A DNA stretch of 64,000 nucleotides from Octopus sinensis (Eukaryota). This document shows, piece by piece, positions 11,150-21,844 of this stretch. Position numbers and translations under genes: made by a program. The notes beneath the pieces were generated by a model that saw only the letters and a list, made by a program, of their open reading frames with translations, was not told the origin of the DNA and searched no databases. The stretch spans positions 1,302,001 through 1,366,000 of the forward strand of contig NC_043005.1 in the NCBI RefSeq assembly GCF_006345805.1, given 5' to 3'. Every line of letters begins with the position of its first letter. Within the stretch, counting starts at the first letter, position 1.

Positions 11150-12670
11150 TTAAATGAACTAGACCCGAAGACATCAACTGGTTCCACCCCAGTCACCCAT
11201 AACATCCAGATTTGAGCACCCAAACTCTTCTTTGCCCTACTTGAAAACCATTTCCCTAAATCTAACCCACTTAGAAAAATATTTAACCCCCAATCTATAA
11301 AATTGTCCTACTCCACCATCACCAACATTGCCGGAGTTATCTAAAATCTTAACATGAAACTCTAAAATCCATTAATGGCCAACCCCCACCCGAGTAAATT
11401 AATTCAACATAATCCTCAACTCCATACACATAACCCAATGCACCAACTGACCCCGCTGAACAAAACTAGCTCTCATAACTATAATGCCAATGCTAACACC
11501 AGATCCTTAAATGTACAACACCCAAATATACCTCCTGTCATAATAGAGAACATCCTAGAGGATACCACTGGACACAATAATTATCATACCATACAAACCA
11601 ACAACACCACCATCAACTCTTTATCAAACGACAACCTTGATAAGTGCACAGTATCAACTAACAACTGCAATTGCATTTACATCAGCTCATGTAGCACCAC
11701 TTTGTAAGCTAGGGTGAGAAATCCCTACTCTAGCAGTCCATTGTTATCTCAACTTATCAGTAAACTAACACTTGATTCAACCCCTTACACTCTCAAATGG
11801 TCCAGTCACCCACACTAACCCTTACTGTGGATATAACAAGTGGGATCTCTGCATAGTGGCTATTTTGCAATCCACGGATTGTCTCAATGAACACAGTAGT
11901 ATAATATTCATCTGCAAACAGAGGGCACCAAATCTATTCCCAAAATACAAATAACTACAACCTCACCCTGCTCTTATTTTCCCTTAACTCTCATATATAC
12001 ATATATATTTTTCGCCCACTCATCCACCCTCACTACCACCACTTTCTATTAAACCAACAATATCTTTTTCCTTTTTTAATTCCTTGATTGTCAATTACTA
12101 AATTCTCTCTGTATTTATATTTGGTATCTAAAATATTTTTCTTTCCTTTTATTTCAACTCCCTCCCCCTCCATCCTACATAAACTTACACCACTTCACAT
12201 TTTTTTTTTCTTACCTTTTCTGCTTGTTTCTGCCTTCCACAATAAAAGCCTTTTGACTACCAACAAAATTCCTCACCCTACCTTGCTTTATTCATACACA
12301 TTTTCTTTTTTTCCCCATGACTGAAAACATTTCCTCACCCTCTCCCCTCCAATTTTTATCTTTTCTTCTAGTACCAAACCTACTACTAAATTCTGTGATT
12401 TAGCCAAAACCACTATGCTCTCCCCTACCAGTCAACTGACCTTACTCAATTCCTCCTTCCTCTCCCTTATATTTTCTCTTCTTTCTTCCCTTCTTCTAAT
12501 ACTTATTTCTCCCTACATATATGCACCCCTTTCATACCTCCTTGCAACAATGTAACCTTTAATCTAATCAAGATATCCTTGACCTGAAAAGTAACCAGTG
12601 GTATACACTTCACCTGGATTTTACCACTTCTGAGGTTTCACACACTAACAAACATATGTAGCCTGGATTT
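11150..12670 (+). mobile_element. Penelope-like element (Naiad-type) 3' half: RT thumb, GIY-YIG endonuclease and pyrimidine-rich 3'UTR, heavily decayed
   Basis: Frames read INWFHP..., LLENHFPKSNPLRKIFNPQSIKLSYSTITNI, CTVST..YISSCSTTL (YIG-like), KWS..HTNPY..KWDLC and LNEHSSIIFICKQR. These match the WFNPP / KHFP / KIFNRNT.K.SYSC / C.LC / LN.RSE..C.H pattern of these PLEs. Confidence 0.75.
12623..12664 (+). ncRNA. Highly degenerate hammerhead remnant at the PLE 3' end
   Basis: CTTCTGA-g-gtt...aac-AAA-catatg-TA. The core differs from CTGATGA/GAAA, but the palindromic stem III (acatatgt) and the position at the PLE terminus fit. Confidence 0.35.
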
Positions 12671-12737
12671 TTCCTCCTCCATTCTATAACTCTTGTGTTT
12701 GTGTGTGTGTATGTGGGTGTGTATATATATAGATGTC

Positions 12738-14036
12738 CAGGGTGAGGCAAAGAGGTCAGAGGTTTTTGAAAAATTCAAAATCATTAATTTTAGCTGCAAG
12801 CAAATTTTATTGACGCCAATGTGTTTGTATTGAATTAGCATTTGTCAAAATCAAATGTGGAAAACAACATCCATCATGTGGTGTCCATTTTCCTTGATGC
12901 ATTTCTGAAGGTGTTCTTGGAAGTAGGTTTCCACTCTTTCTAGCAATGTTCTGTTGATTTGGGTGACTTCCACACGAATAGTTTCTTTCAAATCATCCAA
13001 TATGCGGCACATACACACGCACTTTGAGGTTTCCCCACAAGAAATAATCACACATGGACAAATCAGGGGACAGGGGGGGGGGGGGCAAGGAAGGACAACA
13101 AATCTGGAAGTGAGGCAGTCACTGAAAAGAGGGTGAAGAACATCCATTGATGCTCTGGCTGTGTGGGCAATCGCCCCATCCTTCTGAAGCCACACATGTT
13201 GAATAGGGATGCGTTTCCGTCGTAATTCAGGCACAAAGAAGTCAATCGTCCTCTCGATGTAATGCTCGGCATTCACAGTAACAGCATTCCCATTGTTGTC
13301 TTCAAACAAGTACAGACCAATGACAGCAGCTTTTCCAACAGTACACCAGACCATTACATTGGGGCTGTGCAGTGGTCTTTTGTGCAGTTCTCTCGGATTT
13401 TCAAGAGCCCAATAACGACAGTTCTGTTGATTCACCATGCCATTGAGATCAAAATGAACTCCATCACTCATTAACAAAATGCAGTTGTCATTTGCCTCAA
13501 AAATTACTTCCATCTGACATGCAAAGTTAGGCTGCTGCACATAGTCCCATGGTTTCAACTGTTGCCCAGTGACCAATTTACATGGGTGGAAATACAGGGG
13601 GAATGCAAAATATGCCTCACCGCTCAATTACTGATGCCAAGTTCAGTGGAATGTCTCCGAGCAGAGCGATTCGGACTCCATATGAAAGCTTGTCTGACAT
13701 GTTCCACATTTTCCGGGGTCCGTACCGTTCGTGGCACTCCACTGGTCTGCTATTCATTAGTGTACCTCATGTACGAAGTGCATTCACCCAACATAAGATT
13801 GTGTTACGGGTGGGAACAGCCTGATTTTGATGACTATTGAAGTGGCACTGAAACTCACACTGAACTGCTGCGACAGATGTGTTATTCTTCATGCAACTGT
13901 CATAAGCAGACATGCAATGCTCTCTGAAAAAAGAATGCTAAGATACCACAAGCCGAATGCTACCTGTTGGACATATGTCTCTCCTCTTGGGTTGAGTAAT
14001 AGCCATTTCAAAAATGTCCATCCTCTATACCCCACC

Positions 14037-14039
<3 letters not shown>
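12738..14039 (-). mobile_element. Full-length Tc1/mariner transposon, DD41D (rosa/VS-type), decayed
   Basis: Imperfect TIRs cagggtg.gg.a.agagg...ttttgaaa at both ends, with TA at the right flank. Transposase has a DUF4817-like N-terminus (AVQCEFQCHFN..VPTRNTILCWV), then MSDG.HF.LNG.VNQQNCRYW, WLQKDGA and PDLSMCDYFLWG. After correcting one frameshift, 41 residues separate D2 and D3. Confidence 0.9.
12851..13940 (-). pseudogene. DD41D transposase pseudogene
   Basis: ORF 12851-13627 plus frameshifted N-terminal pieces. Confidence 0.85.
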
Positions 14040-14071
<32 letters not shown>

Positions 14072-14254
14072 CCTCTTTGAGGTTTTTATCTTCACTTTTC
14101 CATGCTTGTATGGATCAAGTATAATTCCTTGGGAGAGATTTTCTATAGTTGCATGCTTTTCTTGTTGTTAATCCTCTTATGTTTCCATGTCCTCTTTTCA
14201 CTTCGTCTTTTCAACCCAAAGAACACCAGGATCAAGCACAGATCCTGCTTAACA

Positions 14255-14592
14255 AATTCACTCACAAGGCATTGGTTGGGTTTGGGCTGTAATAGAAGGC
14301 ACAAGGTACCATGCAAGGGGATTGCACCTTAAACTACAGGGTTTCAAAGTGAGTTTCTTAACCACAAAGACATGTTTGCACTCACATTTACTTATAGTTA
14401 GAATGCAATGTCAAGGCAGAGAGACACGAGTGCACACGCACGCACACACACACTGGTCTTCTTTCAGTTTAAGTCTACTCACAAAGCTTTAATTGGTCTA
14501 GAGTTATTGAAAACTCTTGCTCAAGGTGCCATGAAGTAAAACTGAAGCTACATAGATCTGAAGTGAATTTCTAAACCAGACATCCATGCCTG
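14255..14592 (-). mobile_element. Two decayed tRNA-derived SINE heads in tandem (14255-14375, 14455-14592)
   Basis: Both match the SINE head at 18085-18222 (cactcacaagg..ttgg...caaggtgccatg...gaa). Confidence 0.6.
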
Positions 14593-14696
14593 ATTAAGTT
14601 TGCATGAAAAGAAATGAAAACACAATAACCCTTCCAAAAAATAAGAATATTTTCAGAAAATAAAAACCAACAAGATTACGACTGGGAGATAACAGC

Positions 14697-15200
14697 TTAC
14701 TCAACGTAGCTGTCCTCCGCTTCCACCATGACCACAACATAGCTCTAGAGCCTGTTGCATGCATTCCTCACCTTTCCCTGGAAAAATCTTCGAAAACCTT
14801 CTTGATCTTGGCCAGCAGCTCAACCCGGATGTTGCAGGCAGAGCAGTTGGTGCCTTTTCTCATCTGCACTCCACTCCCACAGAGTAATCTCAAGGATTAC
14901 AACTGGAGGGAATTAGAAGGCTAGACATTGGGGCTGGTGAAGTCACTAAAGTTCTCCAACAAGCACTTCTTACTCTTCCAGGAGGTATGGCAAGAAGCCA
15001 AATCCTGCTGCCACACATATGGCTTTCCAGTAGCAACACTCCCTAACCAGGAATTGATCACAGTTTCCAGCAGTTACACATAGCCATCTGAATTGAAAGG
15101 TGTGTCTGAAGAAAGTAATTCAACAACATGGGTTGATAAACCATAAGACGTGTGGCCAGAACCTCCTGGAAAATATTCATAGCAAGGTTCATTCTACAGT
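14697..15200 (-). mobile_element. Tc1/mariner (DD37D/maT-like) transposase C-terminal fragment
   Basis: Minus strand reads LLETVINSW..VATGKPYVWQQDLASCHTS...ENFSDFTSPN..PSNS...DY..., then LAKIKKVF and VEAEDSYVE*. Confidence 0.75.
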
Positions 15201-15234
15201 TGAATTGGAACAATCAAAATGAGTGATAGGCATG

Positions 15235-17100
15235 AAGAGGACAAAGATTAAGTGGCCGAAAGCAAATGACGCAGCGAGTTATAAAAAAATTTGACAGCGA
15301 GGTAGCAAGAATGACCACCAAATTCAAAGACGACGACGAACAAAAGCTGGAAAACCTGGTTAATACAATCTACCAGGAAGGAGAGAAAAGATTTGGACTG
15401 GAAACAACGGGGAAGGTAGAATCAACAGCAAAGAGCTGACCATCGAGGAGAGAAAGATGGATAGCAAAGATTTGAGAAGAGAAGAAAGATAGAGGGATGC
15501 AAAGGAGGAGGAAAGAGAAGGGCTAAAGCAGCTATATGAAGAGATAAAAAGGAGGCATTGAGATCTTCTAAGAAAACAAAGAAGGGGGAGCAGAAGAAAG
15601 GAGAGAGAAAAGAACTATCGTAGCTTTGTGAACAATCCCTATCAATATGCGAAACATCTATTTACTGAAAGTAAAAGCAGAAAAATGAATTGCACGAAAG
15701 AAGAGCTCGAACAACATCTGAAAGAGACGGAAAACTAAGGCACGCAGATGTAGTCGGAGCGACACAAGAAGCACAATTTCAGGCCATTTTGCAAGAGCAG
15801 TATAAAAGAGATGAAAGAGGCAGTGGTATACGAAGTGAGAAAGGAGGAAGAAGAAAGGCAAAATGTACATTTGGCGCAATGTAGCCAAAAGGGACAGTGC
15901 CTGAGATGGGAGGAATATGTGATCAACCGCAGAATATCATGGAAAGAACTTTGGGCTTGGGAACAAGCAAGAACATCCTTCCTGTTCAAGTCTACCTTCG
16001 ACGTTCTACCCTCACCGGCAAACTTAGTCCGATGGAACATAAAAACAACCGATGAGTGTAGATGCGGAGAGAAAGCGACAGTCAGACATGTTCTGTCAAA
16101 TTGCAGACTAGCACTAGAAAGATATACATGGCAGCATAATCAAGTCCTCGGCGTCATTAAGCACAAGAAGATCGGGAGGTACAATAGGGGAGAATACCCA
16201 AAAGTAGAAAAGCGCAGGAAAGTATACTTCCACAAGGCGGGAAAAGGTTATAAAACCAGGCCTACAAGTAAAGTATACGAGATAGACGAAAGATGGAAGG
16301 GATACTGGGAGGTGGCCACGGACTTGGAAAGACTAGTAATATTTCCGCTAATGAAAACAACAAAAAGACCGGATTTAGTCCTATGGGACAGAGACCGGAG
16401 AATAGGAATTTTACTAGAACTAACAGTACCTTGGGAAGAGAACATCGGCAATGCAGAGAAATGTAAGAAGAGATACGAAAAGCTAATCGAAGAATGCAGA
16501 GAACAGGGATGGAATGTCGAGTATTACCACCTAGCAGTGGGGGCTAGGGGCTTCATTGAAAAAAAAATGACAACGCTTTTCAAAAGAAGATTTGTTTTTT
16601 CTAGATCGGAGCTGCGAAAACTAATAAGGAGAGTACAGGAGGCGGTCGTAAAAGCCAGCTTCTATATATGGCTGAAGCGGGAAGACCGAAAATGGCTTGA
16701 AAGTCATAACATGCCGGCGGAGAATAACATCACTAGGTGAAACAAGCTGACACTGAATCAGCTTCACTCACTGACAGGTGACGGTCGTTTAGAGAATGCG
16801 TGGGCTAAGACTACGCGCCTTCACTAGTCAGTTAAAGTTGAGTCACTGTCACGTGACAACTTGCTGGGACTGCCTGCTGGAGCCTAGCAGCAAGTAGTTA
16901 AAGGGAAATTTGACAAGACAGTCTGTCGCCCGCTGACACTACATCAAAGAGGCCAAAGAACAGAAGAAAGAAGACATACACCCAACACCAGAGCTGAAGA
17001 CACCTCTGAAAGGAGGGGGGGCTACCACGTCAAAACGGTAGAGGAGTAGGGGCTGAAACCAGATGTGGTTCCTCCTGGTGATGTCTTGAGCTAACTGGAT
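15235..17100 (+). mobile_element. HERO/NeSL-like RLE LINE with the RT domain deleted
   Basis: The pre-RT region (KIKWPKAND, SFVNNPYQYAKHLF, TKEELEQHLKET) joins near 15729 to the post-RT region (LRHADVVGATQ). The CCHC finger and RLE follow. The 3' boundary is uncertain. Confidence 0.8.
15811..16740 (+). CDS. Open 309-aa ORF: CCHC zinc knuckle + PD-(D/E)xK restriction-like endonuclease of the HERO-like LINE
   Basis: Motifs FDVLPSPANLVRW, CRCGEKATVRHVLSNC, RYTWQHNQVL, RPDLVLWD, LLELTVPWEE, KKRYEKL, VGARGF and ASFYIW. Confidence 0.8.
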   Translation: MKEAVVYEVRKEEEERQNVHLAQCSQKGQCLRWEEYVINRRISWKELWAWEQARTSFLFKSTFDVLPSPANLVRWNIKTTDECRCGEKATVRHVLSNCRLALERYTWQHNQVLGVIKHKKIGRYNRGEYPKVEKRRKVYFHKAGKGYKTRPTSKVYEIDERWKGYWEVATDLERLVIFPLMKTTKRPDLVLWDRDRRIGILLELTVPWEENIGNAEKCKKRYEKLIEECREQGWNVEYYHLAVGARGFIEKKMTTLFKRRFVFSRSELRKLIRRVQEAVVKASFYIWLKREDRKWLESHNMPAENNITR

Positions 17101-17496
17101 CCTATAAAGGAGCTGTTGTGGTAGCAGACCACAAAACAAAGTTGAAATTCCTCCTCCTTTTGCAAAACTTACCTACCAACAACAGGATACTCAGCTAGTG
17201 TGTGTGTATGTGTGTCTGTCCGTCTTTTTGTCTATATATGTGTGGTGTGTGTGTGGTGTGTGTGTGTGTGTATTTTTTATCCTTTTACTTGTTCCAGTCA
17301 TTTGACTGCGGCCATGATGGAGCACCACCATTAGTCAAGCAAATCGACCTCAGGTCATACTCTTTGTAAGCCTAGTACTTATTCTATCAGTTTCTTAGCT
17401 GAACTGCTAACATACAGGGACGTAAACACACCAGCATTGGTTGTCAAGTGCTGTTGGGGGGACAAACACAGACACACATATCTATATCTATCTATC

Positions 17497-17559
<63 letters not shown>

Positions 17560-17566
<7 letters not shown>

Positions 17567-18011
17567 CTAGAAATATGTTACAAAAAGAAAATAGAAACTA
17601 CACGAGGTAATGTAAGGGGAAAGTAAGAAAAATAAATGAAAATGCACATTATAAATCAAAAAAAGTAAAGGCTTTTTATGAAAAGTAACGAAAGATGTAT
17701 ACAATTAGATGAACTGAGGTAAAAGTATTATAAAAGTCATTATTGTGAATTGTTAAAGAGATTCAAAAGCATACCGGTTTTGTAAGTTACTAATCATTTA
17801 ACAATTCAGCAATGATTAGTAACTTACAATTAGTAACTTACGAAACTGGTATGCTTGAATCTCTTTAACAATTCACAATAATGACTTTTATTACTTTTAT
17901 TCCTACCTCAGTTCATCTAATTGTATATATCTTTCATTACTTTTCATAAAAAGCCTTTACTTTTTTTTGACTTACAATGTGCAATTTTGCTTATTTTTCT
18001 TACTTTCCCCC
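17560..18011. mobile_element. Penelope-like-derived palindromic element (arms ~17615-17797 and ~17812-18011)
   Basis: AT-rich inverted arms of ~180-200 bp, with hammerhead-like motifs at the centre. Flanked by (TA)n. Confidence 0.72.
17804..17860 (+). ncRNA. Minimal hammerhead motif, A3-U8 core variant
   Basis: agca-ATGATTA-gtaac ttac aatta gtaa cttac-GAAA-ctgg-TA-tgct. The mirror copy on the minus strand (17761-17797) reads ATGATTA-gtaacttac-AAAA-ccgg-TA-tgct. Confidence 0.6.
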
Positions 18012-18046
18012 TATATATATGTATATATATGTGTATGTATATATAT

Positions 18047-18083
<37 letters not shown>

Positions 18084-18224
18084 CAGTTACTGTTTACCAA
18101 ATCCACTCACAAGGGTTTGGTTGGCCTGAGACTATAGTATGAGACACTTGCCTAAGGTGCCATGCAGTGGGACTGAACTCAGAACCATGTGGTCGGTAAG
18201 CAAGCTACTTATCACATTCCTGCA

Positions 18225-20350
18225 AGATAGCTTGCTGAGTGCCACAGACTAAATGGTGCAAAGTCCCTTCCAGACCTATGGTAATGTGGTGGTAGAACAA
18301 TACTGTAGACAGGGCCATTCAAGCAAAGAAACAGGCCTGGAAGAGAGGGGGCAGCAGGGAACAGTATCAGATAGCCAGAAGGGAAGCTAGGAGACAGGTA
18401 TATATAGCCAAAGGAGAAGCAGAAAAGAAGAAGTTTGCCTATGCTCACCGCTGAGGACCAAAGAACTGAAGTATTTTGGATTACAAGACAGTGTGTAAGA
18501 GAAAATTGTGATGTGAGAGAAATGAATCCACATGGATGATGGTGCACTTACTTTTAATGAGTCTGCAAAGAAAGAGGCTTGTAGGTGCCATTATGAAAGA
18601 CTGCTGAACATGGAGAATGAACGGAAGGAGGAGAGTCTGCCAAATGTTGACCCAATTTAGGGACCAGCTACCTGAACCGACAGTACCCTGATAAATAAGC
18701 AATTAAGGATACAAAAACAGGGAAAGCCCCTGGCTCATCAGGAATCACCGCTGAGATGTCTAAAATATCTGGCAGTGTGGGTTATGGTCTAGTTACTTGT
18801 ATTGCAAATTAGGTGGTTCATGAAATAGTCATACCCAATGACTGGTGTAGCAGCACCAGAGTCAACTGCTACAAAGCTGAAGGGGATGTCTTAGATAGAA
18901 ATAATTACAGAAGCATAACATTGTTGGATCAGGTTATGAAAGTTGCAGAAAGAGTCATAACCCAACTAATTAAGTAGAGAGTTACCCTAGATGAGATGCA
19001 ATTTGGTTTTGTGCCAGGTGGAAGCACTACTGATGCTATATTTCTGGTAAGGCCTGCTGCAGGAGAAATACCTAGCCAAGGATAAACATCTGTGCTAGGC
19101 TTTTGTTGACTTGGAGATAGCTTTTGACAGAGTTCCCCGATCCCTTATGTGGTGGTCAATGCAGAAACTAGGGATAGATGAGTGGTTGGTGAGAGCTGTA
19201 CAAGCCTTGTACAGGGACACTACGAGTAAGGTGAGGGTGGGCAATGAGTACAGCAAAGAATTCAGGATACAAGTAGGGGCTCACCAAGGATCAGCCCCCT
19301 CTTGTTCATCATAGTTCTCCAGACAACAACAGAGGAATTCATGACAGGCTGCCCTTGGGCAAAGTTCAGAGACCTCCTAATCCTTATGGCAACAAAGGAC
19401 CTCTCTCTCAGACAGAAAGGCAGACTGTTTGATGTCTGTGTGCAAACAGCTATGCTGCATGGCAGTGAAACATGGGCTATAACAGCCAAGGACATGTGTA
19501 GGCTTGAGAGAAATGAAACTAGTATGCTTCGCTAGATGTGCAATGTCAGTGTGCATGTTCAACAGAGTTTAAGCATCTTGAGAGAAAAGTTAGGCATAAG
19601 CAGAATCAGATGTGGTATGCAAGAGAGACTACTTTGCTGGTATGGTCATGTGATGCATATGGATGAGGACAGCTGTGTAAAGAAGTGCCAATCTCTAACT
19701 GTGGAGGGAACATGTGGTAGAGGTAGACCCAGGAAGACATGGGACGAGGTGGTGAAGCATGATCTTTGAACTTTGAGCCTCACAGAGACAATAACTAGTG
19801 ACAAAGACCTTTGGCGATGTGCTGTGCTTGAGAGGACCCATCAAGCCAAGTGCACCAGTTGGGCCTGATGGAGGCAAAGTGGTTGAGTTCCTCTTGAGCA
19901 TTGGGCCTGATGAAAGCAAAGTAGCTGAGTACCTTTCGAGCATTAGGCCTCATGGAGGCAAAGTGGCTGACTTCCTTTTGAGTGTTGGGCCTCACGGAGG
20001 CGAGGTGGTCAAGTTCCTTCTGAGCGATGGGCCTCATGGAGGCAGTTCCTTTCAAGTGTTGGGCCTCATGGAGGCAATGACCAAGACTTTGGCATTACAT
20101 TGTGCTTGAGAAGAAGACCTGTCAAGCCGAAGAAAATCACAGTTGTGGCAGATACTGGTGTCACACAAACTGGCATGTAAAAGCACCCATTACACTCCCA
20201 GAGTAGTTGGCATTAGGAAGAGATTCCAATCATAATAAACCATGCCAAATCAGACTGGAGTCTGGTGCAGACTTCCAGCATGCCAGCCCAGTCAAATATT
20301 TCCAACCCATGCCAGCATAGACAATGGACGTTAGATGATGATGATGATGA
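18225..20350 (+). mobile_element. RTE-clade LINE, 5'-truncated and internally deleted
   Basis: Motifs GKAPG.SGITAEM, NYRSI.LLDQ, MQFGFVPG.STTDAIF, AFDRVPR, VGAHQGS, AMLHGSETW, WYGHVMHM and GRGRPRKTW. 3'UTR and (TGA)n tail are present. Confidence 0.93.
19858..20080 (+). repeat. 42-bp minisatellite (4 full + 2 partial units) within the RTE 3'UTR
   Basis: Units start at 19858, 19900, 19942, 19984, 20026 and 20058. Consensus is gttgggcctcatggaggcaaagtggctgagttccttttgagc. Confidence 0.92.
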
Positions 20351-20499
20351 TATATATATATAGTTCCAAAATAGTGCTTATAAAATACAGAACTTATTCC
20401 AAACGAACATTCAGACAATACAACAGACACACATTACACACACACAGACATGATTATTTTTATACATATATATACATATATATAAATGTAAATAAAATC

Positions 20500-20745
20500 A
20501 TGCATGGTTGTGTGTTTAAGAAGTTTGCTTTTCAACCACATGGCCTTGGGTTCAGACTTACTGCTTGGACAAATTCACACCTTCTGGACCAATTTTGTCC
20601 AATTTTGGTGGAGACTACAGTTAATTAGATTGTCCCTAAGAAAGCTGAAAGGTAGACTTGACTTTGGACAAGTGTCTTCTGCTACAGCCCAGGGCTGACC
20701 AAAACCTTGTAAGTGGTAATTAGAAATTGAAAGAAGTCTGTGGTG
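20500..20745 (+). mobile_element. tRNA-derived SINE head containing a ~100-bp complex insertion
   Basis: Matches the SINE head (aagtttgctt..caaccacatgg..gggttcag...ttggacaagtgtcttctgcta). Interrupted at 20565-20661. Confidence 0.7.
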
Positions 20746-20799
20746 TGTATGTATGCAGGTGTGTGCAGTGTTCATTTCCAGTCTTCTATGGAAAACATC

Positions 20800-21620
20800 A
20801 AACCATGCTCTGTCTATGATCCAGCATAGTTTGTTTTTTTCCTCATTTAAGACTATGTCCAGTCTCCTCTTCTCTATCTCATGGTCGCACTGAATCATAA
20901 AATCCCATAGTATCTTTCCATTTCTATTTTTGACAATGCCTTCAGGTTTTTGGACATACCAATTTTTTTGCTCTGTTAACTCCATACTTGTTGCAAAGTA
21001 ACCAATGGACAAGCCTGGTCATATTGTCGTGGTGTCTCTTATATTCCTTCTGGGCTAGTGGCATAGGATGGTACTTTTCTGCAGGCTGACAACGTGAGTC
21101 TCAGTTCCAATATCTTCGTCTTTTAGCTGGCATTTCGAGTGCTGTGTCAAGAGCACCAATTACCACAGGAATAATTGCTGTCCTGGTCTTGTACTCTCTC
21201 CTCCTTTCTCTGGTTAGATCTTGATATTTCTGCACTTTTTCCAACTTCTTTGGTACCAACTCTGCTATAATAGTGAACTGTAAAAGTCTATGACTGTATG
21301 TTGTTTATTTTGTCTTCTGTAACCATATCTGCTCTTCTTGCTTCAATAGTATGATCAGTTTTTAGGAGGGAGTCCATCAGATCCTGCAATTCTCATTCTC
21401 TGATGCAACCTCTCCTTCATATTCATACCACTTTCCTATTGTTTCAGCTAACATCATTAAACACTTTTGCACTCACACTCATTCTCTTCTAGTATGCTGC
21501 ACTTACTCAAGAGATGAGTGATACTTTTATCTCCTTTCCTCATTTGCTGCTTGACTAAGTTTTGTTGACCTTTGCTTTTATCAGATCTGTCCTATTGGCT
21601 TGATTCTGAGTGGCTGCTAT
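20800..21620 (-). mobile_element. Two adjacent R4/Dong-like RLE LINE fragments (20800-21065, 21070-21620)
   Basis: LAQKEYKRHHDN, KILWDFMIQCDHEIEKRRLDIV in the first. AATQNQA, EKVQKYQDL and IIPVVIGAL in the second. Confidence 0.75.
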
Positions 21621-21676
21621 TATTATTATTATTATTATTATTATCATTATTAATATTATAATTATTATTATTATTA
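21618..21676. repeat. (TAT)n/(TAA)n microsatellite
   Basis: Directly visible. Confidence 0.95.
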
Positions 21677-21844
21677 AGTAATGAACATGTCTAAGCCAGT
21701 GTTAACATTTTAGACTATTTACTTTGAAGCACTGCTGAGTTGAAATTCAGATGTAATTGATAAGAAAACTAGTAGAGATAGAACTGGAGTCAAATCACAG
21801 CCGTATCTTTGTCATCAGAAAATTGTTTTGGGGCTTAAGGAAGA

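Larger units (their letters stand above)
17278..18222 (-). mobile_element. tRNA-derived SINE split by a palindromic insertion in its internal (TA)n
   Basis: Head at 18085-18222 has a B-box-like gagttcagtccc. Body and tail at 17278-17480 end ggtggtgctccatcatggccgcagtcaaatgactggaacaagtaaaagg. Confidence 0.75.

Noticed and set aside
19858-20080. CRISPR-like appearance of the 42-bp repeats
   Set aside because: Units are contiguous with no unique spacers, derive from the RTE ORF end, and there are no cas genes in this eukaryotic context.
19798-20109. 103-aa repetitive ORF (GPDGGKVVEFLLSI repeats)
   Set aside because: A by-product of a 42-bp (14-codon) minisatellite, with no evidence of coding function.
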